DNA of 47,605 bases from Candidatus Aenigmatarchaeota archaeon. Lineage in GTDB: Archaea; EX4484-52. Positions 10,195 to 19,385 of the stretch are shown one piece after another. The notes under the pieces were generated by a model. That model did no database searches. It was given only the letters and a program-made list of their open reading frames with translations, and was not told the origin of the DNA. Positions within the stretch are counted from its first letter, which is position 1. The number at the start of each line of letters is the position of its first letter. A program made the position numbers and the translations under genes. The DNA lies in NCBI GenBank assembly GCA_023137195.1, contig JAGLPV010000016.1, forward strand, positions 1-47,605. The letters run 5' to 3'.

Positions 10195-11322
10195 TCATAT
10201 TATTATATTGAATATATATCCTAATATTAATATCTGCGGAACAGTTATAAAAGGCAGCCATAATGCTGTTTTTTTCCCGATATTGCTCCATATAAGACCT
10301 ATCTCAGTATAGTCTGTTGCAACACCCGCCATAAGGAAGGTGAAACTGTTTCCAAAAGCTTGTGTCTGGTCAAAGATTTCAAAAGCAAGGACAGAACTTC
10401 CTTCAGAGCACACTTCTATTATTGTCGCAAAGAGTAATGTAACGCCAAGACCCAATAAGGTAGGTCCCATGTATCTGACAAAAAAATCATGAGGCACAAA
10501 TGTTCTTGCAAAAGCAGCCATAATCATTCCAATCAAGATCCACCATACGACCATCTTTGCCAATGCCCACGAACCGCTCATAATTCCATTCACATCCTTA
10601 AAAGAGAACTTATGATTTTTGAATCTTTTTTTCATGTCTTTTATCACTGAAAATTCTTTTTTTATATTAGATGTATTTGGATTTTTTTCTATTTTATTTT
10701 TCTTGTCCAATATCTGGTAAATAAACCCCGTCACAATAGCAATTATTATTGCCGAGACTATCAGGTAAAGGGCATTCGCGCCAAAGAATCCAAACAATAA
10801 AATAGTAATCGGCAGGTTGGCCCATGGAGAAGCCAGTAAAAAGGCAATTACAGCAGGAGGAGAAGCTCCTTTCTTGTAAAGCTCCATGGAAATTGCCAGT
10901 ATTCCGTGAGAACAGGCACTCATAAGGAATCCAAGACCAACAGCATAGAATATTGTTCTTTTTTTACGCCTGGAGAGAAATTTTAAAATATATTCTCTCG
11001 GAACCGAATAATCAATAATTCCTCCGATAAAAAGACCCAAAAGTATTGCCCACCAAACCAGATTAAAATAATCCATAAATGCATTGAAAAACCGGGGCAG
11101 AGTAAAATAACTGACAATCATCAAAACAACAGTTATCAGACCGACAACATATAATTTTTCTTTATACCACGGCAGGGATTTGTCGCAGCTTGCGCATTCC
11201 TTGACATGAGCAATATTATGCTCTTTTTCATATTTCCTTATGCAGTTGTAGGAACAGAAATAATGATTATGCGCCTTAATTGTTCCTTTCATGCCGCATA
11301 CAGGATCTGTTTTGTCTTCCAT
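10195..11322 (-). CDS. DUF318/ArsP-type permease with N-terminal YHS-like metal-binding motif
   Basis: DPVCGM...YFCSxxC; CASC; ACSHG...FLLASP and EVCSEGS repeats; multiple TM helices. Confidence 0.8.
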   Translation of the reverse strand: MEDKTDPVCGMKGTIKAHNHYFCSYNCIRKYEKEHNIAHVKECASCDKSLPWYKEKLYVVGLITVVLMIVSYFTLPRFFNAFMDYFNLVWWAILLGLFIGGIIDYSVPREYILKFLSRRKKRTIFYAVGLGFLMSACSHGILAISMELYKKGASPPAVIAFLLASPWANLPITILLFGFFGANALYLIVSAIIIAIVTGFIYQILDKKNKIEKNPNTSNIKKEFSVIKDMKKRFKNHKFSFKDVNGIMSGSWALAKMVVWWILIGMIMAAFARTFVPHDFFVRYMGPTLLGLGVTLLFATIIEVCSEGSSVLAFEIFDQTQAFGNSFTFLMAGVATDYTEIGLIWSNIGKKTALWLPFITVPQILILGYIFNIII

Positions 11323-11367
11323 GATTTATGCCGTCAGATACTATAGAATAATATCTGTCGCATTTAC

Positions 11368-11886
11368 CTATTTTAATCTCGCTTCCGAGAGTTCCAGATG
11401 GTCAGTTTCTATTTCAACAAGAGCATCAAATATTTCCTTTAATCTTCTATTATCTGATTCCCGTGATGCTTTACTGTAAAATTCAATAGCATTTGTCTCT
11501 CTCCTGTGAGAATCTTCAAGATTTTCAATATTATCTGTATGGCATATATCCTTTCCTTTTTCAATTGATTTGAGTTTCAGTATTTTCCTCCATATGCTTG
11601 CATGTTCAGCCTCGACTTTTCCAAGTGCCTTGAAAAGGAGTTTCCCCTCTGCATCATCTGTTTGTGAAGCAGCACAGAAATAAAAAGCAGCATTGCTTAT
11701 TTCAACTTCCAAGGCATGTTGGGCATTTTTCCTGTCTGTTTCATTCAGCTCAACATCGAAATCAACTACAGCATTTTTTGCCTCTTTTATGTATTTTCTT
11801 TTTGCCCCGCAAAAAGGGCAGTTTGCAGGCGCTTCATCTCCAACATAGGAGTCGCCGCATATTTCACATCGGTATAATTTTACCAT
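11368..11886 (-). CDS. Rubredoxin-like domain plus ferritin-like domain protein (reverse rubrerythrin type)
   Basis: MVKLYRCEICG...CPFCG followed by ExxH motifs (EAEH, ETDH). The start is 11886; the longer ORF overlaps the upstream gene. Confidence 0.88.
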   Translation of the reverse strand: MVKLYRCEICGDSYVGDEAPANCPFCGAKRKYIKEAKNAVVDFDVELNETDRKNAQHALEVEISNAAFYFCAASQTDDAEGKLLFKALGKVEAEHASIWRKILKLKSIEKGKDICHTDNIENLEDSHRRETNAIEFYSKASRESDNRRLKEIFDALVEIETDHLELSEARLK

Positions 11887-11891
11887 AAGTT

Positions 11892-12410
11892 TCAAAACAT
11901 GTCCTGTGGCTCGTAATATTCTTTTGGATGCTTGCATGAAGGGCATTCTTCGGGTGGTTCTGTGCCCACATGAATATACCCGCACTTTGAGCATTTCCAT
12001 TTTATTGGTTTTTCTCTTTTGTAGACTGTGCCTTTTTCGACCATCTCAAGCATTTTTATGTATCTTTCCTCGTGCTTTTTTTCAACTTCCGCAATTTCCC
12101 TAAATAATTCTGCGGCTTTGTCATTTCCTTCCTCCTCTGCATCTTTTTGCATCTGAGGATACATCTTTGTATGCTCGTAATTCTCTCCTTCAATCGCATC
12201 CTTCAGGTTTGCTTTTGTATTGCTGATGCCGTTCAATAATTTGAATTCATCCTTTGCGTGTTGCACTTCATTCATTGCAGTTTCCTCGAAAATCTTTGCG
12301 ATGTAGTGGTATCCTTCTTTTCTTGCGACTTTAGCAAAATAAGTGTATTTGTTCCTTGCCTGACTTTCCCCCGCAAAAGCGGCTTTTAAATTTTCTTCTG
12401 TTTTTGACAT
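11892..12410 (-). CDS. rbr: Rubrerythrin
   Basis: NLKAAFAGESQARNKY, ExxH motifs and C-terminal WKCSKCGY...CPSCKHP. Confidence 0.95.
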   Translation of the reverse strand: MSKTEENLKAAFAGESQARNKYTYFAKVARKEGYHYIAKIFEETAMNEVQHAKDEFKLLNGISNTKANLKDAIEGENYEHTKMYPQMQKDAEEEGNDKAAELFREIAEVEKKHEERYIKMLEMVEKGTVYKREKPIKWKCSKCGYIHVGTEPPEECPSCKHPKEYYEPQDMF

Positions 12411-12464
12411 TATAATTACCTCTATTATATAGTAAATAAATGTTAATAAATGTTTGTGGTTTTT

Positions 12465-12514
12465 TATCGATTATAATCGATAGAATTCGCAAAAATTGTC
12501 GATTATAGTCGATA
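12465..12514. promoter_or_regulatory. Twin palindromic operators upstream of the rbr operon promoter
   Basis: Perfect TATCGATTATAATCGATA (12465-12482) and near-copy TGTCGATTATAGTCGATA (12497-12514), 32 bp apart, upstream of a minus-strand TTTATTAA box. Confidence 0.7.
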
Positions 12515-12517
12515 GAT

Positions 12518-12883
12518 TTAACTCTCCAAAATCCCCACAATAGCACTTATCACTTCATTAATCTTTTCATCTGTCAAAGAACCGATTTTATACAATATAA
12601 TAGACTTATCTGCCGTAAATATTCTGTTTGGTCTTATCCTGCTTGTTAAATTTAGATTTCCTTCTTTGAGATCTGAATTTTCAAGAATAACAGAATATTT
12701 ATCATTTCTGTATTTGCTGGTTATCTGGCACAAAATTATGTCCTTTCCTTCTAATTGAGCAACAACCAAAGCAGGTCTTTTCTTGGAATCGCTCAAGTCT
12801 GAAAAAGGAAAAGGCAAAACAACAATATCGCCTTTTACAGTTGTGTATAAACTATATCTTGCGTACAAGTTTAGACACAACAT
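12518..12883 (-). CDS. PemK/MazF-family toxin with altered N-terminus
   Basis: KGDIVVLPFPFSDL..KKRPALVV...CQITS; the native start appears separated from it by an insertion. Confidence 0.85.
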   Translation of the reverse strand: MLCLNLYARYSLYTTVKGDIVVLPFPFSDLSDSKKRPALVVAQLEGKDIILCQITSKYRNDKYSVILENSDLKEGNLNLTSRIRPNRIFTADKSIILYKIGSLTDEKINEVISAIVGILES

Positions 12884-12935
12884 GAAAAAATCCTGCACAA
12901 TCTAAAAAAAATCAAATCCGCGGGATTTTTGCTTG
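12841..12935. mobile_element. ~95-nt two-hairpin insertion in the antitoxin/toxin overlap
   Basis: Deleting 12841-12935 gives ATGGAAAGACCTGTAAAAGG on the minus strand (antitoxin WKDL-stop overlapping toxin MERPVKGD). Contains inverted repeats ttgtgtataaact/agtttagacacaa and aaaaatcctgc/gcgggattttt. Confidence 0.6.
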
Positions 12936-13199
12936 GTCTTTCCATGCTTCGTCCTCTTCTTTTGTGTTCCAGTCCTTTGCCAGCACTTTTTGGCTTGCCA
13001 AAGCGCATTCTCTTTTTTCGTCCAAATTTTCCAAAGAAGACTCTATCTGTCCCATGGGTCTTAATTCAATGTGGTCATCATAAGATAGGATAGTGATTTT
13101 TGAACCTTCCTTAAAACCGCTTGCTTTTCTTATGTCTATCGGAATGGCAATCTGACCTTTTTTCGTGATGGTTGCTGTCTTTATTTCTTTTAATAACAT
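12912..13199 (-). CDS. AbrB/MazE/SpoVT-family antitoxin
   Basis: TATITKKGQIAIPxDIR; C-terminal LASxKVLAKDWxxKEEDEAW; ATG at 13199. Confidence 0.9.
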   Translation of the reverse strand: MLLKEIKTATITKKGQIAIPIDIRKASGFKEGSKITILSYDDHIELRPMGQIESSLENLDEKRECALASQKVLAKDWNTKEEDEAWKDQAKIPRI

Positions 13200-13203
13200 A
13201 TTA

Positions 13204-13228
13204 TTCTTATATGTAATACAAGTAAGAA
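13204..13228. promoter_or_regulatory. Imperfect palindrome, likely TA autoregulatory operator
   Basis: ttctta-ta-tgta-a-taca-ag-taagaa between the TATA box and the antitoxin ATG. Confidence 0.5.
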
Positions 13229-13305
13229 AATTATATAAATGTTTCATTTAGATTCCAAAATTGTTTTCTGAGCGGTCTATTCTTTCTTCTGATTTTATGT
13301 ATTTC

Positions 13306-13357
13306 TTGTCCCTACATTTCTTTAAAATAACAAACATTTATATATTTGTAGGGACAA
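13306..13357 (+). promoter_or_regulatory. fic promoter: TATA box flanked by an 11-bp perfect inverted repeat
   Basis: TTGTCCCTACA (13306-13316) ... TTTATATA ... TGTAGGGACAA (13347-13357). Confidence 0.65.
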
Positions 13358-13366
13358 CATAATAAT

Positions 13367-14251
13367 ATGACAATAATCCGAAAGAAAAAAGCAGGCAACG
13401 AAGAATATTACTCTCTCGAGCATAGCTTCAGGGAAAACGGCAAAATCAAGAAAAAAGAGAAGTACCTGGGGAAAAATCTGCCGAAAAACATAGATGAAAT
13501 CAAGCGCGCCTTTATTCTGGAACTTTATAGTGAACGCTGGTTTTTGAAGTTTGATAAAATAAAAGAAGGATTCTTAAAAGAAAAAAAAGCAATGCCTAAG
13601 TCTGCTCTTGAAAAAGAAACCCAAACATTTGCAATCCGATTCACATATGACACAAACAGGATAGAAGGCTCAACCCTGACATTGAGAGAAACAGCCACTC
13701 TGCTCGGGCAGGGAATAACTCCATCAGAAAAACCACTGCGTGATGTAAAAGAGGCAGAAGCCCACATGAATGCATTTTACGAGATGCTTGATTACAAGAA
13801 AGACTTATCATTGCAGACCATCCTGTATTTTCACAAAAAAATGTTTGAAAGCACCAAACAGGATATTGCCGGAAAAATCCGGGAACATCAGGTAGCAATT
13901 GCCGGGAGCAAATTCCTTCCGCCGTTCCCCGCAGAAGTATATCCTCTGCTTGTTGATTTTTTCAAGTGGTACAATAAAAACAAAGCGTCTTTGCACCCTG
14001 TAGAACTTGCGGCATTAATCCATCTAAAGCTTGTGACAATACATCCTTTTGCAGACGGGAACGGAAGAATAAGCCGAATGATGATGAATTTTGCGCTGCA
14101 TAGGAAGGAGTTTCCTATGTTTAACATACTGTATGAAAAAAGGGAGGGGTATTATAATGCATTGGAGCGTTCGCAAGTTAAGGGAGATGAAGATGTTTTT
14201 TTGCGGTGGTTTTTTAAGAGGTATTTGGATGGGTTTGAGGGATATATGTAA
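13367..14251 (+). CDS. Fic family protein
   Basis: TNRIEGSTL and HPFADGNGRISR. Confidence 0.95.
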   Translation: MTIIRKKKAGNEEYYSLEHSFRENGKIKKKEKYLGKNLPKNIDEIKRAFILELYSERWFLKFDKIKEGFLKEKKAMPKSALEKETQTFAIRFTYDTNRIEGSTLTLRETATLLGQGITPSEKPLRDVKEAEAHMNAFYEMLDYKKDLSLQTILYFHKKMFESTKQDIAGKIREHQVAIAGSKFLPPFPAEVYPLLVDFFKWYNKNKASLHPVELAALIHLKLVTIHPFADGNGRISRMMMNFALHRKEFPMFNILYEKREGYYNALERSQVKGDEDVFLRWFFKRYLDGFEGYM

Positions 14252-14392
14252 TTGGAAGCATGGAATTTATTATTGTTTTGTACTTTGTGTAAAAAGAAAT
14301 AATGTCAATCACATTTTTACATAGAATATATTTCACACAATGCTCTTTTCGTATAAATATTTATAATAGATGATATCCTTTAATATTATAAT

Positions 14393-16144
14393 ATGGATTT
14401 TCTACTTCCGCTCACGATAATAGGATTTGTTATCTCGATATATCAAATTAGTGAAGAGTATAAAAAAAGAAATTTTGTATTCAAGATTAATTGGATTGAT
14501 AAAGCATTATTCTTTATCTTTGCCGTCTTTTTAGTTTGCTCCATATTTCTTCAAAATTTTTATCTTATCCAAGAACAGGAACCTATTTTTAGGACATTTA
14601 ATTGTAACAGTCAAGGAAATTGTTATGACATAACTTATTCTTATTTATTTTCCATCATTGCATTTTTACTAGCGGTCATCCTCATCATATGCTTTATTAT
14701 AAAATTAAATTCAAAAAAGCTTTCAAAGAAAAAAGAATTTATTAACAATGCCTTGGATATGCTGAGTAGACAAAAATACGATGAACTTTCAGCGGATTTG
14801 GAATTGTTTCATGATGAATTATTGAAACATTACAAAAGACCAAAACAAAGGAACTTTTATTTTTTGAAGTATTTTCAATATATTCTATCAGAATATAATA
14901 AAGTTTTCAAACAAAGCAAACAAAAATCTAAATTTATTATAATATTGAAGAAAACATCCATGAAAATGAAGTCATATTCTAAATATAAAAAAGAAAGTCA
15001 AGAAAACTTTACCAAATTAGGTCATATGATTCGATTTTTTGAACCGAAAAAACCCATCTGGCAAATTAAACTAACAAAATTAATTGAAAAATTACAATTC
15101 ATGAAAAATAGTCGAATAAAATATTGTGATATGATTGATGATTTTTATTATGAGCTAATCAACAATACTGATTTTTTAGAGTATATAACAATGAATAACA
15201 CAGATCTAATGTTTAAATTATTGGATAATAAATTAAATTATAGAAAAGAAGAAGTTTGGTCGGTAATAGGAACAAAATTAATTAGAGATAAAAATAGTAA
15301 ATTGTGGAAAGAACTTCATTCTGACACAAGAAACAATACTAAGATAATAAACTTCTTATTTAATGATACTCGCAAAAGTGAACAATGGTGGGTTTGGAAA
15401 CCAATTGGAGATTACGTATTACAATATTTGAGAGAGCAAAAAAGAAAGGCTGTTGACGAAGAAAATTATTATGAAGAAAATTATGATGATATGAAATATA
15501 AGTCTCCTATTTATACAGGAATTAGATATTTTAATGTTATGATAATGGAAGCATTAAAACAAAATAATTCTCACCATATGTGGATTTTCTACCTTCAATA
15601 TTGGACGCGTAAAATTGTAAAAAATATTAAGTATGAAGATGAAAAACCCGCGGAATTTAAAAACATGTATGAATATTTTTTGTATCAAATTTTTGAGATT
15701 TATATGGATTGTATTAGATATATAATTGAAAATGATGATTATACTGTTAAATTCAAACCAAAGAGAGGTCCTAATATGATTCAGAATGCAATTAGCTCTT
15801 TTATAGTTGCTATGAAATGCATTTATGAATCCAATATTAGAAATAACGCTAAAACTTATTTTAGAGAACTGTTTATCGATTCTTATTTTGAACTTGCATC
15901 CCACCATAATCAAAAAAAAATTGGTTGTTATGTTGACTATTTTAGGCAACAATTAAGAAACGAAATAGTAGATTCTACTAACATAAACAAAAGATTTATC
16001 GCGTTTATAAAAGTCCCCATTGAAAATTACCGAGATAGGTCTATTTGGTATAAAGGAATATCTTATCCTGAGGAAGTAAGGCAAGAATTTGTTACTTTCT
16101 TAAATTCGTTGAATAATATTCAAAAAGAAATTGCTTTAAAATAG
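14393..16144 (+). CDS. Hypothetical membrane-anchored protein, low GC
   Basis: 583-aa ORF with ~3 N-terminal TM helices and a large soluble domain (WKPIGD, PIYTGIRYF, HMWIFY). Confidence 0.8.
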   Translation: MDFLLPLTIIGFVISIYQISEEYKKRNFVFKINWIDKALFFIFAVFLVCSIFLQNFYLIQEQEPIFRTFNCNSQGNCYDITYSYLFSIIAFLLAVILIICFIIKLNSKKLSKKKEFINNALDMLSRQKYDELSADLELFHDELLKHYKRPKQRNFYFLKYFQYILSEYNKVFKQSKQKSKFIIILKKTSMKMKSYSKYKKESQENFTKLGHMIRFFEPKKPIWQIKLTKLIEKLQFMKNSRIKYCDMIDDFYYELINNTDFLEYITMNNTDLMFKLLDNKLNYRKEEVWSVIGTKLIRDKNSKLWKELHSDTRNNTKIINFLFNDTRKSEQWWVWKPIGDYVLQYLREQKRKAVDEENYYEENYDDMKYKSPIYTGIRYFNVMIMEALKQNNSHHMWIFYLQYWTRKIVKNIKYEDEKPAEFKNMYEYFLYQIFEIYMDCIRYIIENDDYTVKFKPKRGPNMIQNAISSFIVAMKCIYESNIRNNAKTYFRELFIDSYFELASHHNQKKIGCYVDYFRQQLRNEIVDSTNINKRFIAFIKVPIENYRDRSIWYKGISYPEEVRQEFVTFLNSLNNIQKEIALK

Positions 16145-16227
16145 ATAATTGATTTTATTAGAATACTCTCATTTGCTGTAGCAAGTTTCCTTTTTTAAAT
16201 ATAAGTTTATCTTATTATTGAAATAAT

Positions 16228-16941
16228 ATGACAAATGAATTATATCATATGAGCCAAGCAATGATTAGACTCTTTAATTTTGGACAAACACAGAGTCAAA
16301 ATTATATATATGGTCTTATAGTAATTTTATTGGTTGCTTGGCTGGCTTTTAGCACGTATTTATTATTTTATAAGCCACGAGTATTAGAAAAATGGAAATA
16401 TCCCACATTATGTTCTTTAACCATAATAACACTTATAGGCATATCTTCTTTTTTTGTAGCTTATTTTTTTATTAATTTTTTAGATTCTCTCTTTTATCTC
16501 TTTCGTAATATCGTAAATTATAAAGAATTATCAAATCCTTTTTTAGTTATTTTAGTCGTTATGTTTTTTTACATTATATTCGCCTTAAATCGTAGTAAAT
16601 CCCAAAAATCAGAATCTAATGACTTTATACCTGCGGAACTAAAATTATTTATTCCAGAATCTTTTAGTTTAGCAGTCGCATTATTTTTTTTCTATTCTGT
16701 TTTCTTTGGCTTAGCATTGGTTCCAAATTTCATGGCTCTTGGCGGAATTGAAAATATTACAATTAAAATATTGTTTGTTTTTATTATTCCATTTATTATG
16801 GGCTCAATAATATTAATTGCTATTTATCGTCCAGTTTATTATAATAAATGGAACAAATTATTCAAAGAAAAATTTAAGATTTCTCTTTCTAATATTTTTT
16901 GGATTAATTTATTATATTTTATAGTTCGTTTATTATTTTAA
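16228..16941 (+). CDS. Hypothetical multi-pass membrane protein, very low GC
   Basis: 237-aa ORF with about 5-6 hydrophobic segments. Confidence 0.65.
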   Translation: MTNELYHMSQAMIRLFNFGQTQSQNYIYGLIVILLVAWLAFSTYLLFYKPRVLEKWKYPTLCSLTIITLIGISSFFVAYFFINFLDSLFYLFRNIVNYKELSNPFLVILVVMFFYIIFALNRSKSQKSESNDFIPAELKLFIPESFSLAVALFFFYSVFFGLALVPNFMALGGIENITIKILFVFIIPFIMGSIILIAIYRPVYYNKWNKLFKEKFKISLSNIFWINLLYFIVRLLF

Positions 16942-16981
16942 AAATTTTAACAAGATTTTATTTTTACACAGTAAAAAATTT

Positions 16982-18550
16982 CTACATCCCAAAAACATTC
17001 TTCCGAACCTTCCCTTCCGCAACATCATCCACAACATCCTCAAACAGCGGACAATAAATAGGAACAGCAAACGGCACAAACGTAGAAGAAACAATCGCCT
17101 CTCCTTTATTCAATGACGCAATATTCTTAGAATCTTCAGACAAATCCTGCGAAGTAGTGCTTATAATCGCCTCCCTTTCCACAGCCATCTCAATCCCCAT
17201 AATAACTTTAGTATTAATATTCGCCAAAATCTCCCGCGGAATCAAACTAGGCAATTGCGTAATAGCAATCAACCCAATCTTAAACTTCCGCCCTTCCCGC
17301 GCAATAGTCCCGAAAATATTATTCCCTTTAGCAAGAACATCCTTCCCAATCACACGTGGAGCCTCTTCAATCACAACAGAAATAACCGGCTTGCCCGAAA
17401 GCTCCCCGGACTTTGAATAATTTTTATACCGATAAAACATCTTTTCAGCTATCATCGAACCCACAAGCATTTCAACACTCCCCGAAAAATGAGAACAGTC
17501 AATAATCACAGTCTTCCCACTTTCGAGTTCATCTGCAATATCAGAAATCGTCCTCTCCCCTTTAGAATCAGAAAAAACATCACTAAATTCAAGAACATTG
17601 TTCTTGCTCTTCTGGCATGACAAAATCCTGGAGAATTTTCTTCTAAGCACAAGAAGAGTCCCTTTCTGCACTTCTTCATATGCCTCGATATTGTCGTCAT
17701 TGAATATCTCTTCAATCCATTTCTCCCCAAACAAAGAGTGATAAAATCTCATCCCGTCCTTCTGCGCATCTGAGAAATTCCCCGCACCTTCAAAATGGGA
17801 CGGACGGACATCTGCAATATTTATAAAAAATGTTTTTGAGCCCACAGGCGCATCATAGTTCGTATAATACACAGCATTATCAGAATACTCTTTATGATTT
17901 TTCAGCCCTTTCTTTCCACCGCGACCGAAATATTCATCATGCGCATCCAGCACCAGCATCCCGTTTGAAGTCACTTCAATATTGTGCCAGAGCATGTTTT
18001 TTATAAAATTAGACTTCCCCTTACCTGTAGTCGCACAGAACAAAATATGATGGCTAAGGACATCATTTGCATCAAGATAGACATCCTTTTCAAATACATT
18101 TGAACCGCTTCTCAATTTCCCAAGGTACAATGGCTCAGCAGGTTTTTTCAAAAAGCAGATGTCCTTTTCGCTAAGGCGATAGATATTGCTGAAAAAATCC
18201 GGCAGTGTTTTTGGCGCCTTTACTCTATATTTATCATTCTCCCGCTTTTCGATGACAGCCAGATTCTTCATGTTCACGATGATGTAGGAGCGAAGGTCAG
18301 AGTCAAAAAAAGCAATTTCATCATTTTCCTCGTTTTCAAGATGCATCCCGCTCATAAGCTCAATTGTCTTTGGATCCATCTGCGTAGAATAAGAAATATC
18401 ATTCACCTGGTAAATTGCATATTCCTTTTCATTAAAATAAGACACAAGCAATTCCCCCAACTCTATTGTCTGCTTGTTTTTCTGCCTCGCGATTAAGTTC
18501 CCGATGCTCCCACCAATTATCTGGCAGACCTGCTTTTTGTTTTCATCCAT
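16982..18550 (-). CDS. herA: HerA helicase (HAS barrel + FtsK/HerA ATPase)
   Basis: ATTGKGKSN Walker A, LDAHDEY, VIEEAP and AREGRKFxIGLxxITQxP. Confidence 0.9.
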   Translation of the reverse strand: MDENKKQVCQIIGGSIGNLIARQKNKQTIELGELLVSYFNEKEYAIYQVNDISYSTQMDPKTIELMSGMHLENEENDEIAFFDSDLRSYIIVNMKNLAVIEKRENDKYRVKAPKTLPDFFSNIYRLSEKDICFLKKPAEPLYLGKLRSGSNVFEKDVYLDANDVLSHHILFCATTGKGKSNFIKNMLWHNIEVTSNGMLVLDAHDEYFGRGGKKGLKNHKEYSDNAVYYTNYDAPVGSKTFFINIADVRPSHFEGAGNFSDAQKDGMRFYHSLFGEKWIEEIFNDDNIEAYEEVQKGTLLVLRRKFSRILSCQKSKNNVLEFSDVFSDSKGERTISDIADELESGKTVIIDCSHFSGSVEMLVGSMIAEKMFYRYKNYSKSGELSGKPVISVVIEEAPRVIGKDVLAKGNNIFGTIAREGRKFKIGLIAITQLPSLIPREILANINTKVIMGIEMAVEREAIISTTSQDLSEDSKNIASLNKGEAIVSSTFVPFAVPIYCPLFEDVVDDVAEGKVRKNVFGM

Positions 18551-18586
18551 AGAAATAAAGTAGGAATTAATTATATAATGTTTCCT

Positions 18587-18740
18587 AATCCACGGGAGAC
18601 ACAGGAAGACACAGACCTGTTGAAATCCACAAGATTCTTGCGATTACACAAGATGACTTAGTTTAGTGAATTATCTTTAATCTCGTGGAAATCTGTGTTA
18701 ATCTGTGGATTAAATCACATTCCTGTGGGTTCCGTGGATT
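18587..18740. repeat. MITE/REP-like element, copy 2, with a nested inner element (18624-18711)
   Basis: Outer arms aatccacgggagacacaggaa / ttcctgtgggttccgtggatt; inner arms aatccacaagat / atctgtggatt. Confidence 0.75.
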
Positions 18741-18796
18741 TAATTACGCATATGTCTTGTGGATATATTTATATAATTTTATGAATATATTTTACC

Positions 18797-19333
18797 ATGG
18801 GAGCTATCATAAATGGTTTAGAAAAAATAAAAAAATGGCATCCTCTTGGGAAAAAAGAGGATACTTCTTTTTCAAAGCGGGTTCTGGATGCAAATGAAAA
18901 TTACGAGAAAAGCGAATTTGTGGAAAACAATGCAAAAGAGGAATTTAATTCACTCCAGAAATCAAATCATCACACGCCGGAAAGACAAGAAAATTATAAA
19001 ATGGACTCCTACGAGCCAACACAACCACCCACCGAGTCATATACACCCTCAGACAGACAAAGACACTCTTCCTCTGCAAGAGAGCAGAACTACAATCAGG
19101 AACCAATATGGGAACGCAACGGACAGCAAAATCCAAGGCAGAATAATTATGGCGAGCAAAGAGGAATTCCTTTCGAGGAGCCACCCCCACTTTCAGTAGG
19201 AATGGATTCAAACTCCCCCGAAATGGAAAAACTAGACACAGTGATGATTGAAATAAGAAACATAAAAGCGCAGAACATACAGATATTAAGCGAACTTCGG
19301 CTTATCCAGGACAGGATAAGAAGAACATATTAA
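18797..19333 (+). CDS. Hypothetical protein, disordered middle with C-terminal coiled segment
   Basis: 178-aa ORF after a TTTATATA box; co-directional with recJ. Confidence 0.75.
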   Translation: MGAIINGLEKIKKWHPLGKKEDTSFSKRVLDANENYEKSEFVENNAKEEFNSLQKSNHHTPERQENYKMDSYEPTQPPTESYTPSDRQRHSSSAREQNYNQEPIWERNGQQNPRQNNYGEQRGIPFEEPPPLSVGMDSNSPEMEKLDTVMIEIRNIKAQNIQILSELRLIQDRIRRTY

Positions 19334-19385
19334 TTTCAAATGAAAACATATTAAAAGATATTTTTTAATATACAATTATTAGTTT

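Noticed and set aside
11887-12000. Extended start of the rubrerythrin-like ORF
   Set aside because: It overlaps rbr in another frame; the domain starts at MVKLYRC (11886).
12841-12935. Archaeal bulge-helix-bulge intron or integron attC site
   Set aside because: The flanking exon sequences do not pair into a BHB motif; the GTT...AAC order is opposite to attC and no integrase is present.
8686-18740. CRISPR array
   Set aside because: The repeats are inverted 9-10-nt subunits without unique spacers, and there are no cas genes.
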